This document shows positions 1-12,253 of a stretch of 64,000 bases of DNA, piece after piece. Both the position numbers and the translations under genes were made by a program. The notes beneath the pieces are model-generated. The model searched no databases. It was given only the letters and a program-made list of their open reading frames with translations, and had not been told where the DNA came from. Each line of letters begins with the position of its first letter. Within the stretch, counting starts at the first letter, position 1. Source of the stretch: Octopus sinensis. Taxonomy: Eukaryota. Location of the stretch: NCBI RefSeq assembly GCF_006345805.1, contig NC_043004.1, forward strand, positions 93,930,001-93,994,000, given 5' to 3'.

Positions 1-325
1 GGTCAACCAGTCTTCGCATCAGTATCCTTCTGTCTGTCTCTCTTTCTCCCTCACCCTCTCTCACTCAGTCTTTCTCTTTCACTTCCCCTTCTCTATTTCT
101 CTCTCATTTTTCGTTTCCTGTTTTTAATATACATTTTATTAATATTCACACATAATTTAGTAAGCTATTTTAGTAATAATATGCTAATTTCACTATGTGA
201 ATTATTCTGGCAAGACCGTACACACCGATTAAGAATATGGTCCAGTGAGCATATAGAGACTTCCTCACTGATATTTTTATTTTTACTTTCATTGTTGCTG
301 CCCATTTCAGATGAAATATTCAAGT

Positions 326-535
326 AAGGCGGCAAGCAAGCAGAATCGTTAGCACGCCGGACAATTCGCTTAGCGGCACTTCGTCCTAGTTTACGGTCTG
401 AGTTCAGATGCCGCTGAGGTCGGCTTTGCATTTCATCCTTTCGGGGTCGATAAAATAAGTTCCAGTTGAGCACTGGGGCCGATGTAATCGACTTACTCCG
501 CCCCTCAAAATTGTTAGTCGTATGCCAAAAATTGA
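326..535 (+). mobile_element. tRNA-derived SINE, family A/B (head aaggcggcgagctggcagaa), diverged copy
   Basis: A-box-like and B-box-like (gagttcaga) motifs plus core gaggtcggctttgc...ggggtcgat, shared with more than 10 other copies in the window. Confidence 0.85.
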
Positions 536-642
536 AATTAATGTGAAACATTCGAGTATGCAAAAACTAATTTGGATCTTCAAAGTATCGTTTTAGTGTG
601 AAATTTCCTCATTCCATAGCCTTCGATACTTATAACTTGAAC

Positions 643-827
643 AAGGCGCAGCAGTGGTTGTGTGGTAAGTAGCTTGCTTACCAACTACATGGTTCCGGGT
701 TCAGTTCCACTGCGTGGCACCTTGGGCAAGTGTCTTCTACTATAGCCTCGGGCTGACCAAAGCCTTGTGAGTGGATTTAGTAGACGGAAACTGAAAGAAG
801 CTTGTCGTATATATGTATGTATATTCC
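643..827 (+). mobile_element. tRNA-derived SINE, family C (head ggcgcaggagtggctgtgtggtaag), 5' half
   Basis: Near-identical to copies at 12254, 14225, 24561 and 39733; stops at the internal (TA)n tract. Confidence 0.85.
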
Positions 828-910
828 CTTCTTTCCTGAGCGTGCAATAATACTTTCTTTGTTCCACATCCTCGCGTTGTTATCTTTTTGTTTTCTTGTT
901 TGGATTAACT
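826..910 (+). mobile_element. Short 3' fragment of a Penelope-like terminal repeat family
   Basis: Reverse complement of 2532-2625 (ctttcctgagcgt...cttgtttggattaact), followed by (TA)n. Confidence 0.6.
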
Positions 911-1046
<136 letters not shown>

Positions 1047-1288
1047 GAGCGCATTACTATACATAAATGCAACACGCTAGGAGGGACTCTTAACGATAAA
1101 CACATCATACAGAATGCAACTCTCGAAGCAAGTCATTTAAAAACAGAATTTAGCTGCAGATCACGTGATTTCATAATTAGTACAGTAATGCACTTTTTAA
1201 TCATCAGTGCAAGCATAATTCAAGATTTATAACGAATGAACAAAATCAACATACCAGACGAACAACCAGTGTATCTAACGTAGCATAT

Positions 1289-1446
1289 AGAAATATTCAC
1301 CCTTTATACATTTATGTAAATGGCGGGCTTTTTCGAATTGCATTTCGGTACCAACCTGCTTATTCGGAGTAAAAATTCAGTTGGTACCGAAATGCAATTC
1401 GAAAAAGCCCGCCATTTACATAAATGTATAAAGGGTGAACATTTCT
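1289..1446. repeat. Foldback inverted repeat, 67-bp arms, 24-bp spacer
   Basis: 1289-1355 is the reverse complement of 1380-1446 with one mismatch. Confidence 0.9.
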
Positions 1447-1553
1447 GCAGTTTCGGCCGGTTACACTCGAATACACACACACACATACACGCGCGCGCGC
1501 ACGCACACACAAGAGTTAAGGAATAACAAGAGTAAGGAATAAACAAGAGTTAA

Positions 1554-1882
1554 GGAATGAAGTCGATATGATCTTGGCTACATATGTTTCATAGTGAGCG
1601 GAACCTCGGAAGTAGTAAATAGCCAAGCGAGGTGTATACTGTAGGCCACTTTCAGGTCATTTATCTTGATTAAATGAAAGTTTACATTTGTCACAAGGAG
1701 GTACATGTTAATACATGCGAGGTTCGATCAGAATGTGCAGAGAGCTACAGTGCTCTCTGTAGTGAGCACAGTAGCTTGACCTGACGAGTAGCCCGCGGTA
1801 TACACCTCACTTAAATATTCACTACTTCTGAGGTTTCGCTCGCTAGGAAACTATGTAGCCCGGATCTTATCTACTCCACTCC
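1554..1882. mobile_element. MITE with about 100-bp diverged TIRs, flanked by TTAA (Kolobok- or piggyBac-type signature)
   Basis: ggaatgaagtcgatatgatc...gtatactgtaggc pairs imperfectly with gcccgcggtatac...ctactccactcc; TTAA at 1550-1553 and 1883-1886; GG...CC termini. Confidence 0.6.
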
Positions 1883-2095
1883 TTAACTCTAGTATTCTTA
1901 TTCCCATACACGGTAACATTGGTCACCTACCGTAAATTATGCGACAGGACTTTTTTCAGTTTATCGTACTTCGATACGAAAAAAATCCACAACCTTCCGT
2001 TTCAATAAACCATTATTGTCCCTGACAGTTTTTTTATTATATTTACCATGGATTGCTTGAAGCTAACTTTCTTCCTACACTTCGATCTTGGATCT

Positions 2096-2169
<74 letters not shown>

Positions 2170-2299
2170 ATATGAGATTGTCACTTCCGTCGAAGACGAT
2201 GTATGAGCGTTCAGTTTTTGCCGAACGAAATGCAAAAATGATTTGTTTACAGTGATCAAATGTTCGTGCCGCTCCTTAGCTTACTCTCTACATCAGACA

Positions 2300-2460
2300 G
2301 ACATTGCTTGTACAGGTGCACGGTATGCCACACGTCAGGTGTCAAAGTGATCGCAGAGCAATGTGAAATAGAATGTTTTGCTAAAGAGCACCACGCACCA
2401 CTAGGTCCAAGAACTGTAGCGGCGATCGTGAGTGCAACACCCTAACCACTAGGCCATCAT
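2300..2460 (-). mobile_element. Degenerate tRNA-derived SINE (family E-like head)
   Basis: Minus strand reads tggcctagtggttagggtgttgcactcacgatc...gctctttagcaaaacattctatttcacattgct, matching the family E head and core. Confidence 0.6.
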
Positions 2461-2463
2461 CCA

Positions 2464-2531
<68 letters not shown>

Positions 2532-2537
<6 letters not shown>

Positions 2538-2735
2538 ATCCAAACAAGAAAACAAAAACAAAAAACAACAACGCAAGGACCTGGAACAAATAAAGTATTA
2601 TTGGACGCTCAGGAAAGAAGAGAAGAAGGAGGGTTTGACGTTTCGAGCGGAGCTCTTCGTCGGAAACATAGGAGAAGGAAAGATCCCGAGAAGGGAAGAC
2701 AGGGGAAAAAAAATTCGCTAGTGGTACAGACACCC
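2532..2735 (-). mobile_element. Penelope-like terminal-repeat fragment carrying a minimal hammerhead motif
   Basis: Contains the hammerhead core at 2633-2667; second partial copy at 826-910; ends in (TA)n; Penelope assignment is inference. Confidence 0.6.
2633..2667 (-). ncRNA. Minimal type I hammerhead ribozyme motif (U4C variant)
   Basis: Minus strand GTTT-CCGACGA-A-GAGC-TCC-GCTC-GAAAC-GTC^AAAC: helix I GTTT/AAAC, helix II GAGC/GCTC, palindromic ACGT helix III. Confidence 0.65.
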
Positions 2736-3161
2736 CCCCTATATATATATATATATATATAAACAAAAAGGAGCTAACTCGAAGTGGCCAGTGGCGTGTG
2801 TTTGAATAACATAGCCAACTACTAGAGTATCAAATACCATACGATAAAATAATCTTGACTAATAGAATTAACTCCATCTCTAGATAAAGTATCATAATTG
2901 ACAAATGGCAAATAAGACCAGCTCCAGTTGAGAAGGGAAGATAACCTCAAAGTTCAAGAGTTCTCCAGAAATGACTTGCCATAAAATAAAAGGACGGGAT
3001 TATTGTCTGGAGGTAAGAGACAGTCGTGGACACGTGTTTCTGGTCAATAGTCTTTATCAACACGGCAATTACCTTACCTTGTCTCCTGCAGCCAGACGGC
3101 TTAGACGTATACAAAACAAAGTAGAAAATACTGATAGTCAATGTATTTTGCATGATTTAAT

Positions 3162-3375
3162 AAGGCGACGAGCTGGCAGAATCGTTAGCGCGCCGGGCAA
3201 TAATGCTTGGCGGCATTTCGTCCGTCTTTACATTCTGAGTTCATATTCCGCTGAGGCTGTCTTTGCTTTTCATCTTTTCGGGATCGATAAAATGAGTATA
3301 AGTTGAACACTGGGGTCGATGTAATTAACTTACCCACTCCCTTCGGAATTTCAGATCTTGTGTCTATAACAGAGA
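3162..3375 (+). mobile_element. SINE family A/B copy
   Basis: aaggcgacgagctggcagaatcg head, core and ccccttcggaatttcag-type tail. Confidence 0.85.
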
Positions 3376-3900
3376 ACATGATATTATCAAAATAAGTTAA
3401 GAGAAATAGCTCGATTGCATGAAATATAATATTTGTAATTCAATTTTCGTCTTTAGTAAATTAAACTGCAACAGCAACATTTTGAATTTGCCGAAAATGA
3501 AACAACAAACGCTTTCAAATATAAAAGTAAATTTATATTTAAAAAGCTCTGTAGTTGTAAATTCTCTAACGTCAATCGGTTGCTCGTTAATGAAAATTCT
3601 GTGTAAAGTTTAAAGAAAAACATTTTCTTTTTTTTTTTTTTTTCAAATTATAACATTTATGATTTTGAATCTCTGGTGTTTGAAAATGTAATAATCAGAA
3701 AACCGTTAAAAAATAACTGATGGAAAGTTAGAGAAGGTTTAAAATCTATGCTAAAACAAATAATTGCCTTGTATTTTTTTTTTTTTTTTAGGTAACCATT
3801 TTTACTGAAAATAATAACATTATTGATGTTGCTGTATATTGCACTCATCGTAATATCGATTATGCTGAATATATGTTAGCGTAAAGGCGCATGCGTGCTT

Positions 3901-3944
3901 TGTATGTATGTGTGTGTGTGTGTTGTGTGTGTGTGTGTGTGTGT

Positions 3945-3994
<50 letters not shown>

Positions 3995-4174
3995 AGGGAC
4001 TGAATAGAGGAAATTATCTTTTAGAAATCAAAAAATCGAATTTTATCAATGAAATCGTGAGAGAATTAGAAGGCGAACTATGGAGAGAACTTAATGAAGC
4101 AGTAGCTTGAAGTGGGGGGGGGACGTGTGTGTGAGTGTGTGTTTGTGTGAGTGTGTGTTTGTGTGAGTGAGTGT

Positions 4175-4220
<46 letters not shown>
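3901..4220. repeat. (TG)n-rich microsatellite tracts (3901-3990 and about 4127-4220)
   Basis: Direct reading. Confidence 0.9.
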
Positions 4221-4226
<6 letters not shown>

Positions 4227-5087
4227 GAGAAAGGAAGAAACGGACAGAATAAAAACAAAAGTTAGTCCGTCCATCTATCAGTTCATCTCACTTTCTCCCT
4301 CCCCTATTTTTAATAAATATTCTTTCTTATAATAAATGCAGGGTCTCTATCGATCAATATTGAACATGCATCTGTACATGTATGCATGTCTGGGCAATAG
4401 TTTTTTTCAGGAAGACTAGCAGTTGCATGTAATTCTCCTCCTCTCCATGCCACTAACATTTATACAAATCGAAGGCCGCTGCTTTGGACTTACACATCAT
4501 GGCCCCCATTGTCATCTCGTGCGTTGCTTTCACAATACAAAAAGAGCCGGAACAGATACCGCAAAGGCGTCTCATTCAATTCTCTAACAATTCCGACAAC
4601 TCACATCATCAGGTCGGTATTTTTTTAATCAGAACTGAAATGGCAAAACTGACCGCTGGAACACAAAAAGCAGGAACAAATACCAATAAACATTCTTTCA
4701 AGCACTCTAACGACTCTGCCAATCTGCAGCGACTCCATAAGTAAATATGATATACAAAAGCATAGAATATTTACTTTGTGATTCTCTATATATCTATGTT
4801 TTTGCCTCGGTATATCCTTTGCCATGAGTTGAGCAAGACGTTTGTGCTTATATGTAACAATATGTGAGTCAGAAAGGCAATTATAGTTTACCTCAGTATT
4901 TGACATTTGCTTATTTTATCATTTTATCACAATATATATCCTATATCTGTATCTATATCTATCTATCCATCTATCTATCTTTTTTTTTAACCCCCCCTCT
5001 TTTTTTGTCCTCTTTCTCTCCTTTTACGATCCCTTTTGATCGACCCCCCCTTTTTTTTTAATTTTAATTTTATTTTTATTTTTTTAC

Positions 5088-5162
5088 CTCCAAAAGAAAA
5101 GCTCTACCTTGTAATTTGTTCTATCTGTGTGCAGCCCTGTGTGGCTAATAAAGAAACATATC
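5088..5162 (+). mobile_element. About 75-bp tail-only retroposed unit
   Basis: Near-identical inverted copy at about 16310-16386; 3' end resembles the family A SINE tail. Confidence 0.65.
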
Positions 5163-5184
5163 TATGTAATATCGGTTTCAAATT

Positions 5185-5388
5185 TTGGCACAAGGCCAGA
5201 AACTTTGGGGGAGGGTGTAAGTCGATTTCATCAATCCCAGTGTTCAACTAGTACTTACTTTATCGATCCTGATAGGCTGAAAGGCAAAGTTGACCTCGGT
5301 GGCATTTGAACTCAAAACTTAAATTGCAATGAAATGCAGCTAAGCACTTTGTCCTGCAGGATAACGATTCTGCCTGCTCGCCGCCTTA
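5185..5388 (-). mobile_element. SINE family A/B copy
   Basis: Ends ctgctcgccgcctt (antisense head); contains gacctcggtggcatttgaactc. Confidence 0.85.
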
Positions 5389-5638
5389 CATACACTATTT
5401 AATATCAACATCATTTACCTACAGCTTGTCATATACTCAGAGAAAACTGTCATACTGTCATGCAATATGTATAAGTTATTCCGATAATGCATTGTTGATT
5501 AGCTAAGCGGATTTATATTTCAGTTCAGACATATTTAATCAGCGAAAGTCTACGTTGAGACATTGACAATACGACGGCTCTCTTTTCCCAATTTGATTTA
5601 TGTAGTTAACATTTATCTTTGAATTGTATTATTAACGC

Positions 5639-6025
5639 GGAGGCGCAATGGCCCAGTGGTTAGGGCAGCGGACTCGCGGTCATAGGATCGCGGTTTCGAT
5701 TCCCAGACCGGGCGTTGTGAGTGTTTATTGAGCGAAAACACCTAAAAGCTCCACGAGGCTCCGGCAGGGGGTGGTGGCGATCCCTGCTGTACTCTTTCAC
5801 CACAACTTACTCTCACTCTTACTTCCTGTTTCTGTTGTACCTGTATTTCAAAGGGCCGACCTTGTCACTCTCTGTGTCACGCTGAATCTCCTCGAGAACT
5901 ACGTTAAGGGTGCACGTGTCTGTGGAGTGTTCAGCCACTTGCACGTTAATTTCACGAGCAGGCTGTTCCGTTGATTCGGATCAACCGGAACCCTCATCGT
6001 CGTAACCGACGGAGTGCTTCCATCC
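5639..6025 (+). mobile_element. tRNA-derived SINE, family D, full length with TSD
   Basis: A-box tggcccagtgg, B-box ggtttcgattcc; 11-bp TSD attattaacgc (5628-5638 and 6026-6036); near-identical to 37053-37436. Confidence 0.92.
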
Positions 6026-6875
6026 ATTATTAACGCTCACAAACAATGTGCAATTTTCAAGTATTTAATGAAGGACTTTCGGTAGAATAACAGAAATAAG
6101 TTTGAAAGTTTTCCAGAATGAGAAAAATGTGTATTTTAATTAAACACCAATCATAGCCAAATACGTTTATCTAGTTTATTTGTCTTGTTTTCTTTCTACT
6201 GTTTTACTTCTTCATTGAAGTGACGTCTATGCAACAATTTCGCATCTGACATTATGTGTTGTAATTACTGGTTCTTAATTAGTTTTAGATGTCTGAAATG
6301 CTAAATTGCTACCTCGCAGTTCCTAAAGAGAAATAACATACCAACGCAACATGAATGGGAAAAAAAATAGAGAAAAATAAGCAGACATTTATATTCTGTA
6401 AAACTTCTTATATCTTTATAATGCCTGTGATTCAAGGACCATGGTTACGTCTGTAGTAAACCGGGATGTGTGAATTCGACTTTTTAAAACCCAACAGTTA
6501 TGCAGGCCATATATAGACAGGGGAAACCATCTAGATACTTGTTACTTAAACTGGGCCGTCGCAGAACGGGACAACTCTAAGATCCTACATGCACATTGAC
6601 AGGTTATATAACACGTTAAGAATTAAGTGGTTTCACCACGGATGGATCGTAAACCGCGGAATTATTTACTTTTCATCTGACTGCCTCTTAAATAGATCAA
6701 CTGAAACTCTAACGGATACAAAAGTAACTACATCAGAGGGAGAATACAAGCCTACACCCAAAGCAGTGTTTTCCAACTACTTTTTATGAAACCCTTTGAT
6801 TCCTCTTTTACTCGGATAGACCCTGATAGGTCAAATGGCTAAAGTCCTAAAATTTTATAAGCCCTAAAATTCCAC

Positions 6876-7135
6876 GGGCATATGGTGTAGTGGTTGAGAG
6901 CGCGGGCTGCTAACTCCAAAATTCCGAGTTCGATTCCAGGCAGTGACCTGAATAATAATGATAATAATAATAATAATAACAACAATAATAATAACAACAA
7001 CAACAACATTGAAAAATACCTTAAGAATGAGTACCCAAGTTCGAAATTTCCCCAAGACACCTGATGAAAGCTGGGGGGGGGGGGGGGTATATCAGCCGAA
7101 ATGTTGTGTTAACATCAAACAAGATGATAAGACAT
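6876..7135 (+). mobile_element. tRNA-headed SINE-like element with internal (AAT)n and a 3' hammerhead motif
   Basis: A-box tggtgtagtgg (6883-6893), B-box gagttcgattcc (6926-6937), (AAT/AAC)n spacer, second B-box-like aagttcgaaat near 7038, hammerhead at 7056-7110. Confidence 0.7.
7056..7110 (+). ncRNA. Minimal type I hammerhead ribozyme motif, slightly decayed
   Basis: GACAC-CTGATGA-A-AGCTG(G)nTATAT-CAGCC-GAAAT-GTT^GTGTT: canonical CUGAUGA and GAAA boxes, helix I GACAC/GTGTT, helix II GCTG/CAGC. Confidence 0.65.
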
Positions 7136-7489
7136 ATGGTAACCAGGAAGAAGGATTTACCTCATTAAAACCGTCTTTCTTAAAAGTCATCTGGGATTGC
7201 TTATTTCTGTGCTTGAAGCTCCCGAAAGAGAATGGCCTGTAACCACTTACATAAAATGCAAAGAATGTGAGCAGAGCAAGTCGTGATGAGAATGTTATAA
7301 AGTTGATAGCAGGTCTTAACAATTACAGTATCATCAATATAACGTGTTTTATGAGTAAATATGTAAATGGAATGACATCTATATCTGTAATAAACATTTA
7401 GTCTAGCAGCAAAAGTGGGTCTCTATCACCCACCCACTTTCTCTCTGTATTTCTCTGTGTACAAATCTATCAATCAATTAATCTAATTG

Positions 7490-7493
7490 TCTA

Positions 7494-7526
<33 letters not shown>

Positions 7527-7590
7527 CATTATTATTATTATTATTATTATTGTTATTATTGTTATTATTGTTGTTATTGTTGTTGTTGTT

Positions 7591-7640
<50 letters not shown>
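7490..7640. repeat. (ATT/GTT)n microsatellite, 3' flank of the R4/Dong element
   Basis: Direct reading. Confidence 0.95.
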
Positions 7641-9420
7641 TGTTATGTGATGAAAACCCAGCTTATTTTGCTTAGTTTGCTGGGTATTATGGAAAGTGTC
7701 AGCTGTTCACAGCCAACAGACTAAGGTGACACTTGTTTAGTAGTCAAGCTTAAGAGCACTGCGAAGAATTCTTGCAGTTCCAAGCAATGTTAATTTTTGT
7801 AGGTGTTCTACCTTCACACTCGCATCAATCTTTTTCAGCCATGTTGGTAGCTGAATACTGATACTTCCAAGTGCGCCTATCACTACTGGTCTCATGTCTA
7901 CTCTCTTCATTGACCACAACCTTCATATTTCCTACTTCAAATCGTCATAGTTGTTTATTTTTTTCTTTTTCTTTCACATTAATCCTGTTGTCACCGGAGC
8001 ATGCTATGTCTATTATCATGCATTTTCTTTCTTTTTTACTCACCACAACAATGTCTGGTTTCCGATGTCTGATCATCAGGTGATCGCACTGAATCATTGC
8101 ATCCCACAGGATTTTGCAATTCTCATTCCCAGTGACTCATTCTGGGGTTTGCTCATACCGCGTCTTTGCTCTTTGTAGGCCGTGATTTTCGCAGAACTCG
8201 CAATGGATCATTCTTGCCACATTGTCATGGCGTCTTTTGTATTTGCGTTGTGCCAATGTCGAGCATTCGCTAACGATGTGCCATACCGTTTCACCCCTCT
8301 CTACATTCTGCATTTGTCGCTGTTATCTATTCTGCACTTCACATAGTTGGTCCTTAACGTTTGTTCCTGCGCTGCGCATATGAGTGCTTCTGTCTCTCTC
8401 TTCAGGTCACTCTTCCTCATCCATAGCCACCGGTCCTCTGTATCTGTCTGAGCGTTCACATCTCTTGCAAATTGACCGTACATGACTTATATGGATTCCA
8501 AGTATCATAAAGACCCCGGTTGATCTAAAGGGATCAACAGTAGTTGATTTTTTTTTGGCGGCTCTTGAATATATACCCAGCTTTTGCTTTCCTCAAAATC
8601 AGTGTTAGTGGTATCATGCACAGTACAAAGATCAGTGGGGACAGGCAGTCTCCTTGGAAGATGCCTCTCCTGATTTCTATTGTCCTTTAACTTCTTCCAT
8701 ATGCTGTCAGGTCCGTCATCCACTTTTAAGGTTGCAAATAATGTCGCTACCGCTTTCCTGTAGCCCTGCCTTTATTCTATCGTAGATTTCCTTTTGCCCA
8801 TCTGTCATGTCACCATTAGTTTTATTGTCTTCTTCCAGACCATCTATATGTCATCCAGGAAGCTATCACTGTTCCTTTCCTGTGGTTTATTAGAGATCTC
8901 ACCTCTGTTTTCTGCTATGAGATTACTTTTATCAGTAAGAACTTTATTTTCCTCTGCTGCTCTTTTCCAATACCCATCTTGTGATAGCCTTGAGTTCTAC
9001 TTCTGTGAACCAATGATTTTGTTTTATTGCTCTAGCTTGATTACATAATCTCTGCTCCATGAGTTGAAATAATCCTCTTTCTCTCCATTGATCACACATA
9101 CGTTGTCGGTATCCCATAATATGAACACAATTTTCGTCTACAGGGTTGCTCAGGTAGTAACACTCCATGACCGCAGCATTGACTTACTTGTTCCATCTAC
9201 GCTGTGTGTACTGGTCCCTTGCTGGATAACGACAGGTTGGAGTCGGACCAGTATCTCTGAGCCTGCCGGGTGCAACACTGTCACCATCAAGGGCTTCAGT
9301 TTCATTGCAACCGTTATCCACAATATTTTGTTTTTCCATTGTCACTCATATGAGGTGGCGATTATCAGGTTGCGCATTTACCAGTGTTTTTATTATGACG
9401 CCATCATTAGATGTATCATC
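7641..9420 (-). mobile_element. R4/Dong-like non-LTR retrotransposon relic with internal deletions, between (AAT)n tracts
   Basis: Translated pieces: N-terminal MECYYLSNP...GYRQRM...EQRLCNQARAIKQNHW; RT motif IRRGIFQGDCLSPLIFVLCMIPL (about 8560-8700); LKRETEALICAAQEQTLRTN; zinc-knuckle remnant ...HIVSEC; KPDIVVV restriction-like endonuclease; C-terminus LLGTARILR. Confidence 0.85.
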
Positions 9421-9480
<60 letters not shown>

Positions 9481-9703
9481 GATTTAAACTGCCAGAATAG
9501 AGTTTTGGAAAAATATTTCGCTGTATTTCTTCAGGGCATTTAAACTTTAAGGAAATTGTGAGGGGTAGGAAGAGCAAAATATAGATTCAATGTGTAGTTT
9601 TTGTGTTTATTTTTGCGTTGTTGTTATTCATCATGTTAGCATCGATTTTTAGCCCCAGGAAAAATAGGTAGCGTCCTGATCGAACACACACGCTTAAATA
9701 TAT

Positions 9704-9744
<41 letters not shown>

Positions 9745-10325
9745 CGTGCGCGTGTTTATCTTATTATGTATATATACATATAAGCGTATGTTTATACATA
9801 TGTGCTCACTCGCTCACTCACACAATCATACACGCGCGCACGCACACGCATATACATATATATACAAATATGTATATCCACTTATATGCTCCCATAATCG
9901 TATATGTGCGTTAATATTTACACATACGTATGCATGTACACCCCCAAAATATACATTTTTCATCAGATATAAATCTTGTAAAATTATGTAAGTGTGTGTG
10001 TCTTTGTGCGGTGTGTGTACGTGTGTATGTATGCATGTGCGTTGTTAGACAGACAGACATACATACAAATAGATAGATAGTTAGATAGATATATATAGAT
10101 ATGTATATATATGTGTGTGTGTGTCTGTGTGTATGTGTGTGTGTGTATTCATGTACACATACATAGATATATATACATTCATATGTATGTGTGTTGATAG
10201 ATAGACAGACAGACTGACAGACTGACAGATAGACAGATAGATAGATAGAAAGAAAGAAAGATAGATAGATAGATACGTATATGTTTGCATAAACTGAATA
10301 ACGATATACATACTTACGCACACAC

Positions 10326-10384
10326 GTACATACATACATATACATACATACATACATACATACATACATACATACATACATACA

Positions 10385-10413
<29 letters not shown>
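10326..10413. repeat. (TACA)n microsatellite
   Basis: Direct reading. Confidence 0.95.
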
Positions 10414-10415
<2 letters not shown>

Positions 10416-12253
10416 TTAAGTAGCACATTGACAGTGAACTGCGGAATCGTGTGAGGAATATGTGAGTGAGGTGTAAATTCCTTGAAGCGGGGTTGTGTAA
10501 ATTTGGATCTGAAAAGTTTGGCACATAACATCATTTAGCATTCTGCCAATAGCTTCAATCAATTTAATAGTTTTAGATATCTGCAAGGAAACTCTTTGTG
10601 CGTATGTTGCGTGTCTATGTGCACCTCATAAAGCGTGCTTTGTGTGCATGTGTTCATACGTTTCAGAATCAGTCGATTTGCATAAATTTTCTCGTCTTGC
10701 AAATGACACTTGCAGTGCTGTTGAGTTATTCTTTTTTCTTCTTTTTCTCAGTTACATTGAAATAAATAATTGAAAAGGTAAATATAAGTATGAATAATTA
10801 AATAAGTATATAAAAGAAAACAAATAGATGAATTCGTTATATTTTATCACCCAAAAACACTCACAGAAACATTTAGATACAGAAAATACGAAAATAAAAG
10901 CAACATCTTAGCTCCGCCATTAGCACCAATATCGTATTTTTCCTATCATCATCTGCTTATGATTTGGCATATTTTTTCTAAAGCTGATATATATTACATG
11001 TATGCAAATATATATGTATTTCTCTCTCTCTCCCTCTCTCTCTCTCTTTCTCTTTATGAGTGTGTATGTGCATGTGTGATAGAGATGCATTCATAAATAC
11101 ATACATTCACACGTACACATATACATACATATATGTATAAATGCATATTCATTTGTCATTATGTATGTTTATGTGTGTATATAAAATTTGTACACATACA
11201 CATACAGACACACACAAACACATACACATATTCAACGAGACGTGATGTAGTTGTTTTTTAAATGAAATGTAAAAATAGATGAATTGGAAAATAAAGATAA
11301 ATGAATATATTCATTTTTAAAAAATGTGATATTGTTATAAATAAATGAAACGCCTAGAAACCTCACAAAAAACGATGAGAGATAGCGAATAAAGGGGAAT
11401 ATAAAAATGAATTGAGTGTATGTATGCGTGTATAGATGTATATATATATATATATTTATATGTACATAGATGTATATATTCACAGACACTCATACACAGA
11501 CACGCACACATAGGCGCACACACTCACACATACACATATACACGAAGAAACACACGCAAACATACACATGGTGTGAGATATGTAGAAAAAAATAAAGCAG
11601 GGTTTCAAAACCGGCGCTGGTGATGTATGGGAGCAAACGAAGCATCATGAACGCAAATATGCTCGATTTGCATCGTAAAAGACTTTACAAAGCGTGCTCG
11701 AATCAATGAAATTAATATTAAAAATGAAATTTAGACATTTGCTTCTGAACCAGTTGTAATAGTTTTATAGGAATAAATGCTAAATACCTTAACGAAGATG
11801 TTTCTCTTTTGAATAATCATTTAAGAAGAGTTATACAAAAGTGAAAAATAATCAAGTTTAGTACAGTAATATACACACGTACATATTTACATACATACAT
11901 TCGACTTGCACGTGTATGTGTATTCATATGTATACACATATATGCAGTGTGTGTGTGTAATCAGGGGAGCTTTCAGCATATGTTGTAGAGTTTCTAAAGT
12001 GGCAACTTTTTCGCTACCAGCAAAGAAGTTGACTTGCGCCAGAAACAGTTTTGAAATAACGGAAACTATTCTAAGTACGTGAGTGACTGATGAAATCATT
12101 AAACAAACATGTCGCAATTTAAAAAGCAATGATCATCTTCAGACATTTACAAGAAAATGATTCCGAATGATTTACTGTTAGCTGGGGTTGGTTTCATAGA
12201 TTTAAGAAATTTCATGGAAATTACCCCAAAAATCTTTATAGTATCTTCAAATA

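Noticed and set aside
165-563. 132-aa ORF and the recurring PRKDERQSRPRRNLNS or RRASFSFRLPNPLTRLWSARG ORFs
   Set aside because: These are reading frames through SINE families A and C, repeated at every copy.
6876-6950. Possible true tRNA gene (CT-GCT-AA loop)
   Set aside because: Acceptor and anticodon stems do not pair properly; treated as a SINE head. The same applies to the other tRNA-like heads.
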